From positions 292-64,291 of the forward strand of contig JAAWSV010000009.1 of NCBI GenBank assembly GCA_022801715.1: 64,000 nt of DNA, given 5' to 3'. The notes beneath the pieces are model-generated. The model did not search any database and was not told the DNA's origin. It was given only the letters and a program-made list of their open reading frames with translations. This document shows, piece by piece, positions 46,250 to 54,912 of the stretch (positions are counted from its first letter, which is position 1; each line of letters opens with the position of its first letter). The position numbers and the translations under genes were made by a program. The stretch comes from Oscillospiraceae bacterium (GTDB taxonomy: Bacteria > Bacillota > Clostridia > Oscillospirales > Oscillospiraceae).

Positions 46250-47872
46250 ATGACACCTGCGGAGCTGAGTCTCTTTTTGGTCCGGCTGCTGGCCGGCACC
46301 GGGGTCTTTTTGGTGGGGGTCCACCTGCTTACCGCCAACATCGAACAGCTGGCCACCGGGAAGATCCGGGAACTCTTCGGCCGGACGGCGGATAAGCGCC
46401 TTGTGAATGTGGGCATCGGTGCGGCGGCCACCGCTCTGATCCAGAGCTCCGGCGTGACCACGGTGCTGATTGTGGGCTTTGTCAACGTGGGGGTGATGAA
46501 CCTCTACCAAGCGGCGGCCATGATCATGGGCGCCAACATCGGTACCACCGTCACCGCCCAGATTGCTGCCCTCAGCGCCTTCCCCATCACCACCTATATT
46601 CAGGTGTTGGTCTTTGTCGGTATCCTCCTCAGCATGGCTGGGAAGCGGGACACCGTAAAAAAGACCGGCCTCATCCTCGCCGGCTTGGGCCTCATCTTCA
46701 TCGGACTCGCCTTGATGTCCGACGCTATGAAGGCCAGCCGGGACGCTGTGCAGGCCATCTTTGAGACGGTCCACAGCCCCCTCCTCCTCTTCCTCCTGGG
46801 CATTTTTCTGACCGCCATCGTCCAGTCCAGCTCCGCCACCACCTCGGTGATCATCGCCATGTCCGTGGCCGGGCTCACCGTGGGCTCCGGCGGCAATGAG
46901 GTGCTCTATATCATCCTTGGCACCAACATCGGCTCCTGTGTCACGGCGCTGATGTCCTCCGCCACCGCGGGGACCAACGCCCGGCGGGCGGGGCTGATCC
47001 ACCTGATGTTCAACACCTTGGGCTCGGTGCTCTTCTTCGTCATCTTAGCCCTGTGGCCTACCTTTATGGCGGACACCTTCCGCCGCTGGTTCCCCGCGCT
47101 GGCCACTCAGATTGCCATGTTCCACACCTTCTTCAACGTGGCCTGCACGGTGATGTTCCTGCCCTTCTGCGGGGCCTTTGTCCGTGTCTCGGAACTGCTG
47201 ATCCGGGAGAAGAAGACGGAGGAGCCCCTCTCCTTCTTGGACGAGCGTATGCTCTCCTCCTCCTCCTTGGCCATCGCCCAGTTGGAGAAGGAGCTGCTGC
47301 GCCTCTCCGACACGGCTATGGAGGCCTTCCGCACAGGCTTCCGCTCCTTCCAGACCCGTGACAGATCCCTGATTGCCCCCACGCAGGAGTTGATCGAGCG
47401 CACCGGCGGCATCAGTCAGGGGATGGTGGGCTATATGATCCGCCTCTCCGCCAAGAGCAAGGTGGCCGAGGAGCGGAGCATCACCAACCTCCACAGCAAC
47501 TTGGGGGACATCATGCGTATCGCTGAGATCGCGGATAACTGCACCAAGTACACCCAAAAGGTTATGGACCAGGAGCTGGTTTTCTCCGAGACCGTCCAAG
47601 AGGACCTGACAAGAATGGCGGGCCGTGTGGAGGCGCTGTACCAGCTGACCAAGCGGGCCATTTTGGAGAAGGATCAGGCCCTGCTGCCCCAGGTGGCGGC
47701 GGTAGAGGACGAGATCGACGCCATGCGCAAGGAGCTGATCGACGGCCACATCCGCCGCCTCAACGCCGGCGAGTGCCGGGCGGAGTCCAGCGGCGTGTTT
47801 ATCAACCTGGTGTCCAATCTGGAGAGACTGGGGGATCATTTGACATACATTGCGGATACGGTTCAAAATTAG
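46250..47872 (+). CDS. Na/Pi cotransporter family protein with PhoU-like C-terminal domain
   Basis: 540 aa. Duplicated Na/Pi motifs (ALIQSSGVTTVLIVGF, AIVQSSSATTSVIIAM, GTNIGSCVTAL) and a C-terminal PhoU-like helical repeat (LERLGDHLTYIAD). Confidence 0.88.
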   Translation: MTPAELSLFLVRLLAGTGVFLVGVHLLTANIEQLATGKIRELFGRTADKRLVNVGIGAAATALIQSSGVTTVLIVGFVNVGVMNLYQAAAMIMGANIGTTVTAQIAALSAFPITTYIQVLVFVGILLSMAGKRDTVKKTGLILAGLGLIFIGLALMSDAMKASRDAVQAIFETVHSPLLLFLLGIFLTAIVQSSSATTSVIIAMSVAGLTVGSGGNEVLYIILGTNIGSCVTALMSSATAGTNARRAGLIHLMFNTLGSVLFFVILALWPTFMADTFRRWFPALATQIAMFHTFFNVACTVMFLPFCGAFVRVSELLIREKKTEEPLSFLDERMLSSSSLAIAQLEKELLRLSDTAMEAFRTGFRSFQTRDRSLIAPTQELIERTGGISQGMVGYMIRLSAKSKVAEERSITNLHSNLGDIMRIAEIADNCTKYTQKVMDQELVFSETVQEDLTRMAGRVEALYQLTKRAILEKDQALLPQVAAVEDEIDAMRKELIDGHIRRLNAGECRAESSGVFINLVSNLERLGDHLTYIADTVQN

Positions 47873-47923
47873 GAGTTAGGAACTTTCTGTTGTTTGAGGG
47901 GATAGACCCTGCCGTTGCAAAAA

Positions 47924-47954
47924 AGCTCTGTGGTAAAAGCACAGGGCTTTTTTG
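47924..47954 (+). terminator. Intrinsic terminator of the Na/Pi cotransporter gene
   Basis: AGCTCTGTG gtaaaag CACAGGGCT followed by TTTTTT. Confidence 0.85.
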
Positions 47955-47959
47955 CAGGA

Positions 47960-48112
47960 AGGCGGAGGCTCCGCCGGTGACGGGAACAGCGCGCCGAGGC
48001 CGTCACACCCTACGGAATATGGAGGATCAGAACCACACAATCAGCGAAGTATGGAGGATCGAAGCTGCGCGGTTAAGCCCGTAGGGCGGGACGACCTCGG
48101 CCCGCCGTCCCC
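47960..48112. repeat. REP doublet (cluster R7): two family-B units in inverted orientation
   Basis: AGCGCGCCGAGGCCGTCACACC-CTACGG (47988-48015) and CCGTAG-GGCGGGACGACCTCGGCCCGCC (48078-48105). They enclose a direct repeat TATGGAGGATC at 48018-28 and 48050-60. Confidence 0.8.
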
Positions 48113-48275
48113 CTTGTTTTTGCCGCACATAAAAAGAGAGGCATCTAATTAAAATAGTAACATGAACCTATTATAGCTAATCAGAATAAATATTTCAAGT
48201 CAAACATATAATTTAACCGAATAATTATCCCATTCCTATATAGTACAATCTTATACGAGTGGGGTGATAGCTGAT

Positions 48276-48587
48276 ATGGAAAAAGACGCCTTTTCTAAAC
48301 GCCTGACAGAACTGCGACTGGCGAAGAATGTCTCTGCAAGAGATATGAGCCTGTCCCTGGGGCAGAGTCCCGGATATATCAACAACATCGAAAACGGCAT
48401 CAACTACCCCTCTATGACCATATTTTTCTACATCTGCGACTATTTCGGCATCACGCCGGAGGAATTTTTCGTGGTGGAGAACAAGGACCCGGTAAAGACC
48501 CGGGCGCTGCTGTCGGCGGTGAAGGGGCTGAATCCTGAGCAGATGGACCATTTGATTGCCATTGCCAAGGATTTGCAGAGAAAATGA
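48276..48587 (+). CDS. XRE-family helix-turn-helix transcriptional regulator
   Basis: Track ORF 48264..48587. ATG 48276 is preferred. FSKRLTELRLAKNVSARDMSLSLGQSPGYINNIENG is a Cro/C1-type HTH. Lower-GC segment. Confidence 0.8.
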   Translation: MEKDAFSKRLTELRLAKNVSARDMSLSLGQSPGYINNIENGINYPSMTIFFYICDYFGITPEEFFVVENKDPVKTRALLSAVKGLNPEQMDHLIAIAKDLQRK

Positions 48588-48620
48588 GGACATGACCGGT
48601 TGGTCATGTCCTCATTTTTA
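48581..48620. terminator. Bidirectional terminator between convergent genes
   Basis: AAAATGAGGACATGACC ggtt GGTCATGTCCTCATTTT, a perfect 17-bp stem with A/T runs on both sides. It overlaps the XRE stop codon. Confidence 0.85.
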
Positions 48621-48626
48621 TATCCC

Positions 48627-49733
48627 TCAGTCCTCGGCCACATTCTCGCAGAAGCGCATCAAAATCGTAGCCACTTGGGCGCGGGTAGCCCGGCCGGTGG
48701 GGCTGATGGTGCCGTCGTCCATGCCGGAGATCAGCCCCGTGCCGACGGCCCAGCGGATGGGCTCCACGGCGTAGTCGTTCACCATGGCGGCATCGCGGAA
48801 GCCGTCGAGACTCCCGCGGGCGCTGGTGTCATAGCCCTTGCTCTCCGCGTAGCGGTACAGGATAGCCGCCAGCTGCTGCCGGGTGATGGGGTCCTCCGGG
48901 CCGAAGCCGCCGGTGTCGTAGCCGTTGACCAGCCCTTGGGCGCTGGCCCAGGCGATGGGGGCGGCGTAGTAGAGGCTCTGATCCACGTCGGGGAAGACCT
49001 TGCTCCCCCCGGCGGGGTTCCCCTCCAAGCGGTGGAGGATGGTGACGATCATCCCCCGCGTGGTGGGGGTATTGGGGGAGAAGCTGTCGCCGGTGGTGCC
49101 GGACATCATGCGGTTGGCGTAGACGAACTGCACGGCGGTGTAGTACCAGTCGCCTCTGCCGGCGTCCGAGAAGGGCAGCACGACATCGGTGTAATCAGGC
49201 TTTTCCTCCGGCTTGTCGTCCTTGTCATTCTTGTCGTCCTTATCGTCCTTTCCGCCGCTGGGACGGCTGCCGCCGGAGCCGCTGCTCCCGCCGCTGGAGG
49301 CGGCGCGCAGGGTGACGGTGGCGTCCGCGGAGACGTTGAGGCCCCGATCCAGCAGCTTCAGCTCCCCGGAGGAGGGGAGGGACGCGCCGCCCAAATTCAG
49401 GGTGCCAAGGGACAGGGAGGCGCCGATGTTCATGGGGGTGTCCGCGGTGAGATAGATGGTGATCTTCGTACTGCCGCCGCTCTCCTCCACCGTGCAGCCG
49501 GGGCTGTACACATCCTTCCCGGCGGGCGTGAAGGAGGGATTGGGGCAGCTTCCGGGGACGGTGACTGTCAGCTGGGCGCCATAGACACCGCCGTTGACCC
49601 CGCTGACAGAGAGGCTGGCGCCGCCGCTGCCGTTGCGGTAGGTGACGGAGGGGGCGGAGGCCCCCCATGCCGCCGGAGCGGCACAGGAGAGCACCGTCAG
49701 AATGGACAGGAGGGTGCAGAGAGTCCTTCTCAT
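48627..49733 (-). CDS. Cell-wall anchored protein: signal peptide, beta-sandwich (possibly cohesin-like) module, K/D-rich linker, three SLH repeats
   Basis: In-frame ATG 49733 inside ORF 48627..49790. Signal MRRTLCTLLSILTVLSCAAPAAWG. C-terminal SLH repeats (FSDAGRGDWYYTAVQFVYANRMMSG, FPDVDQSLYYAAPIAWASAQGLVNG, FRDAAMVNDYAVEPIRWAVGTGLISG). Its start overlaps the upstream stop as ATGA. Confidence 0.8.
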   Translation of the reverse strand: MRRTLCTLLSILTVLSCAAPAAWGASAPSVTYRNGSGGASLSVSGVNGGVYGAQLTVTVPGSCPNPSFTPAGKDVYSPGCTVEESGGSTKITIYLTADTPMNIGASLSLGTLNLGGASLPSSGELKLLDRGLNVSADATVTLRAASSGGSSGSGGSRPSGGKDDKDDKNDKDDKPEEKPDYTDVVLPFSDAGRGDWYYTAVQFVYANRMMSGTTGDSFSPNTPTTRGMIVTILHRLEGNPAGGSKVFPDVDQSLYYAAPIAWASAQGLVNGYDTGGFGPEDPITRQQLAAILYRYAESKGYDTSARGSLDGFRDAAMVNDYAVEPIRWAVGTGLISGMDDGTISPTGRATRAQVATILMRFCENVAED

Positions 49734-52700
49734 ACCTCGCCCTCCAACACGATGGTGGGCAGGGCGTCGCCGCCGGGGGTGGTCAGCCACATGGTCTCCG
49801 CCGTCTTGCGCTTGCTGCTGGCGTCATTTGGCTTGTCGGTGCGGTAGAACTCCAGCATCATTTGGCCGGGCAGCAAACTCTCCGCGCCGCAGTTGCTGAC
49901 GCCTTGGAGTGCCTCCTCGGCCTTCAGGTTGGGTACAAAGATGAAGATACCGTTGCTGATATCGCTGACCTCACCGTCGGCAGGCAGCTCCGCGAAGAGG
50001 TAGCAGTCGCCGGAGAGCGCCCGCTCCACCACTTGGTTCTCGCCCTTCTCATCGGGGGCGGTGGCAAAGCGGCCCTTCACCTCCACAAAGTTGTACAGCG
50101 GGTCGCCCCGATAGGTGCCGGTGATCACAATCGTGTCAGCGGCGATCTTCTCGCCGTCTCCCAAGTCGTAGTCCGCGTCCAAGCGGCCCACCGCGCCGTC
50201 GGCCATGAAGGCCACGTCGTCTCCGGCGTAGCTGATGGGCAGTACCGTGACACCCTCACCCACGCCGGTGATCACGATAGTCTTGGCGTCATAGGTCCAG
50301 ATGCGGCTGTCCTCCGCGGCGGTCTCGGGCTTGTTGAAGTAGAGGAGGTAGCAGTCCATATCGTCACGGGCCTCGTTCAGGGCCGGATCGAAGGTGCTGT
50401 CCTTGGCCACAGTCTCCTTGTCCTTGCCGTCGGTGATGGTGACAGTATAAGCCCCACCCTCCGCCACCGCTCCGGTGAGCTTCAAACCGGAGACGGCGGT
50501 CTCATTGTGCAGGGTGATGGTCACGGTATCACCCTCCCGGGTGCTGCTGTAGGTGCTGGAATCCAGCACCGCATCATAGGCGATACGGATACTGCCGGCA
50601 CCCACTTGGGTGCTCTCGCCCACCGTCAGCGCCGTACCCAAGGTGCTGTAGGCCACCACCGCATAGTTAAACACCCGGTGGTTGGCGGAGCCGATCAGGT
50701 CGGTGTAGACGGCGCTCTTGCTGCCACTCTCAGGCACCACAAAGTCGATGCTCTGGCCGTTGCGCAGAATCTCATAGCCCTGGAGGCTGCCGGTAAGGCC
50801 GCTGCCGTCGATGGTCAGCGTCACCTTATTGGTCGTGCCTGCTGTCAGAGCCGCGGAGGCGGTAAAGCTGCCGGAGAGCGTCCCGGTCCCTGCCAAGCGG
50901 TCCCGGCGGCTCTGGTCGCTGAGGTACCAGACCGCCCGGTCCTCCTTGTCATAGGAGGCCAGCTGATCCTTCGTTTGGGGGCTGAGGGCCATACCCCAGC
51001 GGGTGAAGAACTCGGTCAGGTCCTTCCCGGCCACACCGGCGGCGGTGAGAGCCACTTTGTCATCATAGCTGGAACCCATATCCTTGGTGTAGGTCCCGGC
51101 CTTCCAAGCCTTGAAGAAGCGGTTGTAGAAGTCCATGGGCTTCTCGCCGCTGTCGTAGGCCAAGTGGAGCTGCCAGTACATGCCCAGCTGGGTGAACACG
51201 TCGCCGGAGGTGCCGAGGGTGGCCTGCGCGGTCTTGGTGAAGATGCTGGGGTACTTATTGCTCTTCTCCAAGCGGGAGGACAGGGTGTTCTGCTTCCCGT
51301 CGAAGGTCTGAACCATAATGGAGTAGATGTTGTTGGTGATCTCCGCCTTGCCCAGCTTATCCATGTTGTGCCCGATCTCATGGGCGATACCCCAGCCAAA
51401 GAGGTTGTTGGCGGTGGCCCCGGCGGGCAGGTCCTTGATGGGCGTACCGCCTACCATACCGGAGCAGGAGCCGAAGCCGATGCCGATGTGGCTCCCGGCG
51501 GCGTACATGAACGCACCGGTAAACATCTGCATGCACCGGATATTCTGCCGGGTCTCCATATCGTTCTTCTCATAGGTGTTGTCGATGCCCTGCGTGGTCT
51601 TGCAGATGTGCAGCAGGTCCTCCCAAGCCAGCACGGAGTTGGTCAGCTGACGGACCTTTCCATCGGTGTCCGCGTTGCCGAGGCCCGCCAGCGCGGCGGA
51701 GGCCGGGAGGGAGAGGAGCACCGTGGGTGTGGCGATCTCGGTGACATTCTGCCAGTTGGTCTGGGCTGTAGAGGCGTTGGCGGCGGGGGTGTAGGCCGTC
51801 AGCTCCTCCACATAGGCCCGGATGGCATCACTGCGCTGGGTCTCCGTCATGGTGTACCAGTCGGACAGATCCAGCAGGGGGATATCCGTGGCCCGGCGGA
51901 CATGGAGGGAGATGTCCTCAGGACCGCTCCCGCTGTAGGTCACATACAGACTGCCGCCTCGGGGGGTGTCCTGGCTGCCGATCTTGGGGACGGTAAACAC
52001 ATTCCGTCCGTTCTGAATCTCCCCCACCTTGGCCAGCCATGTGTTGGCCTCGGCGTTGTACTGGCTGGCATGGAGCGTGACTGTCTCCCCCTCCGGAATG
52101 CCGGCGGCGTAGATGGTAACCTCGCTGAGGGCCCCGGCGGCGGCGCCAATGGGCTGGAGGACGCTTCCGCCCTGGCTGTACTTGGCGCTGTCGCTGCCGC
52201 CGTCACGGGAGTCGATGCCGGTGAGGAGGATCTTGTGGGTCTCCTTCTTCAGCAGGGACTCCGCCAAAGCCAGCTCGTCATCGAGCATAGCGGTGCGCAG
52301 ATAGTACTTGCCCTCTTCGCTGTTCAGGCGTGTCCGCAGCGCGTCAATCGTCTCCTGTGTAACACCGGAGACCAGCTCCGTGTGGAGGCCGTCCTGACCG
52401 CCCACAAACAAGGCGTCAATATCGGCGGGCAGGCTGTGGGCCGGGTCGTACTCCATAAACAGCAGCTCCGAGAGGCTGACGGTTTCGTAGTCGTACTGCT
52501 CCACAGCGATGCTGACCTTCACCACATTCTCCACCGGCCCAAAGGGCAGCACGGCGAAGCGGTCCGCGGCGCAGGAGCTGTAGTTAGCCACATTGGGCCA
52601 AGTGTCCACGTCCCGGCCGGTGCCGCCGTTGTCCACACCGCCCTTCTCCGGATCGGGGACAATCAGATGGCCCGCGCTGTTCAGCTCCTCCCCCTCATAC

Positions 52701-54685
52701 CAGATGCGGACGCTGTAGGCCCGGAGGTATCTGGGATAGTTCCCCTCCAGACGGGGCACCCAGAAGGCGGCGGTGAGGTCCACCGGCTCTTTGAAGGTGG
52801 TGACTACATGCTCATTCCGGCTCCAGTTGGAGCTGGCAGTCCAGTGGGTGGTGTAGTCATCATCCCACATATTCTTGCTGTTCCAAGGCCGGCTGGCGGA
52901 GTAGGAGGCGGAGTCATAATTGCCTTTATCCACCAGCTCCATGCTGGCAATCTTGTCATAGCTGAGGAGGCCGGCCTCCGGAATTCCCTCAGGCCGCTTG
53001 TCCTCCATGCCCTTGGGAGTGCCCTCGGCAATGCGGGACTTGCCGCTCTCGCCCAAGGCATTCCCGGCGATGATGTAGATCGAGTAGGTGGTGTCGTTTG
53101 TCAGATCGTTGATGGTGATGCCGGTCCCGGTGAGGGTTCCGCCGGCCTGAGTCCAAGTGGAGGCACCCTTCACCTGATAGAACACCTTGTAGTACGTGGC
53201 GTTTTCGCTCTTCTTCCAAGAGACGGTGAGGGCGCTGTCCAGCACGCCCACATTCACCATATCCGGGGCGGCGGGAACCTTCGCCGGCTGGGGCACAGCG
53301 TACACCGGCTGGGAGGCCTTCCCCGTCCAGCTGCCGTCGGTGGGAGTAACGGTGAAGGCGTACTCGATCAAATTCTCCAGCCCGGTTACCGTGGCGCTGT
53401 TCACTGTGGTGCGCAGCTCCTTAACCTTGGAGCTGTCGCTCTGGGGCCAGTAGTGGACGGTGTAGCCGGACACATTGGGCAGAGTCTGCCAAGTGAGTGC
53501 CACCTGCTCATGGCCCGCCTTGGCGGCAAGGCCCTTGATGGTGCTGTTGGGGGGTGTGGGATTTTCGGGGACGATATCCTTGAGGAAGCGGATTGTCTCC
53601 ACCGTGGCATATTCGTCGCCGGTCTTGATCACGGTAATAGTGACCTTCTTCACCGCCACCCGCTTTCCCAAGTTGATGGTGACAACGCTGCTCCCCGCCA
53701 TACGGCCTACAGCGTGAATGCCCGCAGGCAGGGTGTGGTCAAAGGGAACCTCAATGGTCTCGCCGCTCTGGGTCTCCACGGTGATAGTGCCCTTCTCCAC
53801 CTCGCCGCTGCCCACAGGGGTGACGATCTCCAGCTCGCTGACCTCCACGGGATTGGTCAGCACCAGCGGGATCACAATATTGCTGTCATTCTCCGAGGTA
53901 AAGGTGACGGCGTTGCCCTCCTCGGTGAAGAGGTTGTTCAGCTCACCGCTCGCGGTAGTCTTGGCCGCCTTTAAGGCTGCCTCGGTGTCATCTGCCTTTA
54001 CCGGATTGCCCAGCAACGCCGTCTCCAAATACTCCGCATCGCCCTGGGCCTTCAGCTGACGGTTGATATAGCTGAGGTCGATGATGTCTACCTTGCCGTC
54101 GCCATTGAGGTCACACTGGGCGATGTCCGCCTTATTGGAGGTGCCAAGGGCGGCGGAGATCTTCGCGCGGTCGGCCTCCGTGACCTGTTTGTCGCCGTCC
54201 ACATCACCCAAGGTGAAGGTGGCGTCGCCGGTGCCCACCGTCACCTGCCGGGCGTAGTCCTGCACCTCGATGGTGCCGGTGGTATAGGGCTTATACCCTG
54301 TGCCCTCGAAGGTCAGGGTGTAGCTCCCTTGGGGCAGGCCGCCAAAGGTCACATCCAGATAGCCGGGCCATTTCCCGCCGTCCAGAGGCGCCCCCTCGCC
54401 GTTGCGCAGGGAGACCACGGCGGTATAGCCGCCGGACAGCGTGGTGGCGGTTTCCTTGGTCAAAGCCACGAAGCCCAAGGAGGACCCGCCGTCCTTTTTC
54501 AGCACCGCCCGCAAATCCCGCCGGGCCAGCTCGTCCAAGGTCTGGGCGTAGTCGATCCGCACCGTGGCGGAGATACTGCCGGTGACGGCGGGTGCGTCCT
54601 CCGCCGCGGCCGTCACCGGCAGCAGGGAGGCCAGCATCACCGCCGCAAGCAGCAGCGATAGAAGGCGGACACGCACATGTTTCAT
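49730..54685 (-). CDS. Secreted 1651-aa multidomain protein: dockerin, Fn3 repeats, discoidin/CBM-like module, M60-like zinc peptidase
   Basis: Signal MKHVRVRLLSLLLAAVMLASLLPVTAAAE. Dockerin duplication GDVDGDKQVTEADRAKISAAL / CDLNGDGKVDIIDLSYINRQL (nt 54056-54215). Fn3-like segments (VALTWQTLPNVSGYTVHYW, LTVSWKKSENATYYKVFYQ). Zincin motif WGIAHEIGHNMD (HEIGH at 51368-51382) in an M60/enhancin-like context. Confidence 0.85.
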   Translation of the reverse strand: MKHVRVRLLSLLLAAVMLASLLPVTAAAEDAPAVTGSISATVRIDYAQTLDELARRDLRAVLKKDGGSSLGFVALTKETATTLSGGYTAVVSLRNGEGAPLDGGKWPGYLDVTFGGLPQGSYTLTFEGTGYKPYTTGTIEVQDYARQVTVGTGDATFTLGDVDGDKQVTEADRAKISAALGTSNKADIAQCDLNGDGKVDIIDLSYINRQLKAQGDAEYLETALLGNPVKADDTEAALKAAKTTASGELNNLFTEEGNAVTFTSENDSNIVIPLVLTNPVEVSELEIVTPVGSGEVEKGTITVETQSGETIEVPFDHTLPAGIHAVGRMAGSSVVTINLGKRVAVKKVTITVIKTGDEYATVETIRFLKDIVPENPTPPNSTIKGLAAKAGHEQVALTWQTLPNVSGYTVHYWPQSDSSKVKELRTTVNSATVTGLENLIEYAFTVTPTDGSWTGKASQPVYAVPQPAKVPAAPDMVNVGVLDSALTVSWKKSENATYYKVFYQVKGASTWTQAGGTLTGTGITINDLTNDTTYSIYIIAGNALGESGKSRIAEGTPKGMEDKRPEGIPEAGLLSYDKIASMELVDKGNYDSASYSASRPWNSKNMWDDDYTTHWTASSNWSRNEHVVTTFKEPVDLTAAFWVPRLEGNYPRYLRAYSVRIWYEGEELNSAGHLIVPDPEKGGVDNGGTGRDVDTWPNVANYSSCAADRFAVLPFGPVENVVKVSIAVEQYDYETVSLSELLFMEYDPAHSLPADIDALFVGGQDGLHTELVSGVTQETIDALRTRLNSEEGKYYLRTAMLDDELALAESLLKKETHKILLTGIDSRDGGSDSAKYSQGGSVLQPIGAAAGALSEVTIYAAGIPEGETVTLHASQYNAEANTWLAKVGEIQNGRNVFTVPKIGSQDTPRGGSLYVTYSGSGPEDISLHVRRATDIPLLDLSDWYTMTETQRSDAIRAYVEELTAYTPAANASTAQTNWQNVTEIATPTVLLSLPASAALAGLGNADTDGKVRQLTNSVLAWEDLLHICKTTQGIDNTYEKNDMETRQNIRCMQMFTGAFMYAAGSHIGIGFGSCSGMVGGTPIKDLPAGATANNLFGWGIAHEIGHNMDKLGKAEITNNIYSIMVQTFDGKQNTLSSRLEKSNKYPSIFTKTAQATLGTSGDVFTQLGMYWQLHLAYDSGEKPMDFYNRFFKAWKAGTYTKDMGSSYDDKVALTAAGVAGKDLTEFFTRWGMALSPQTKDQLASYDKEDRAVWYLSDQSRRDRLAGTGTLSGSFTASAALTAGTTNKVTLTIDGSGLTGSLQGYEILRNGQSIDFVVPESGSKSAVYTDLIGSANHRVFNYAVVAYSTLGTALTVGESTQVGAGSIRIAYDAVLDSSTYSSTREGDTVTITLHNETAVSGLKLTGAVAEGGAYTVTITDGKDKETVAKDSTFDPALNEARDDMDCYLLYFNKPETAAEDSRIWTYDAKTIVITGVGEGVTVLPISYAGDDVAFMADGAVGRLDADYDLGDGEKIAADTIVITGTYRGDPLYNFVEVKGRFATAPDEKGENQVVERALSGDCYLFAELPADGEVSDISNGIFIFVPNLKAEEALQGVSNCGAESLLPGQMMLEFYRTDKPNDASSKRKTAETMWLTTPGGDALPTIVLEGEV

Positions 54686-54750
54686 AGATCTTCCTCTCTT
54701 TCCCTTTGCCGCCCTGTGTAGCGGAGAGCGGCGTCGAAGTTCAGGGCCTT

Positions 54751-54779
54751 ATTATAACAATTATGTCAACCGCTGTCAA
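54751..54779 (-). promoter_or_regulatory. Full-consensus extended -10 sigma-A promoter of the M60-like gene
   Basis: Minus strand TTGACA (54774-79), a 17-nt spacer ending TGt, TATAAT (54751-56). It lies about 65 nt upstream of ATG 54685. Confidence 0.75.
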
Positions 54780-54867
54780 CTTCATAACGCCCTTTTCCCG
54801 CAGGATTTTACCCCCCCTCAATCCCCTGTTCCCTGCCACCGCCGCCTGTTGTTCAAGGGGACCTTAA

Positions 54868-54903
54868 AGCAAAAGAGGGCCGGTCCTGCGGAACCGGCCC
54901 TCT
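54868..54903 (-). terminator. Intrinsic terminator of pyrE
   Basis: Minus strand AGAGGGCCGGT tccgcagg ACCGGCCCTCT followed by TTTTGC. Confidence 0.8.
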
Positions 54904-54912
54904 CTGCTGATT

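Noticed and set aside
49667-53974. 1435-aa plus-strand ORF antisense to the 1651-aa M60-like gene. Similar very long antisense ORFs are 48600..49847, 56776..58416 and 62006..63145.
   Set aside because: It is in the same codon register as the real minus-strand gene (49730-49667=63, a multiple of 3). Stops can therefore arise only opposite TTA/CTA/TCA codons, which GC3-rich genes avoid. The translation is low-complexity G/A/V/L/H/R/D-rich with no motif, whereas the opposite strand has a signal peptide, dockerin, Fn3 and HEXXH.
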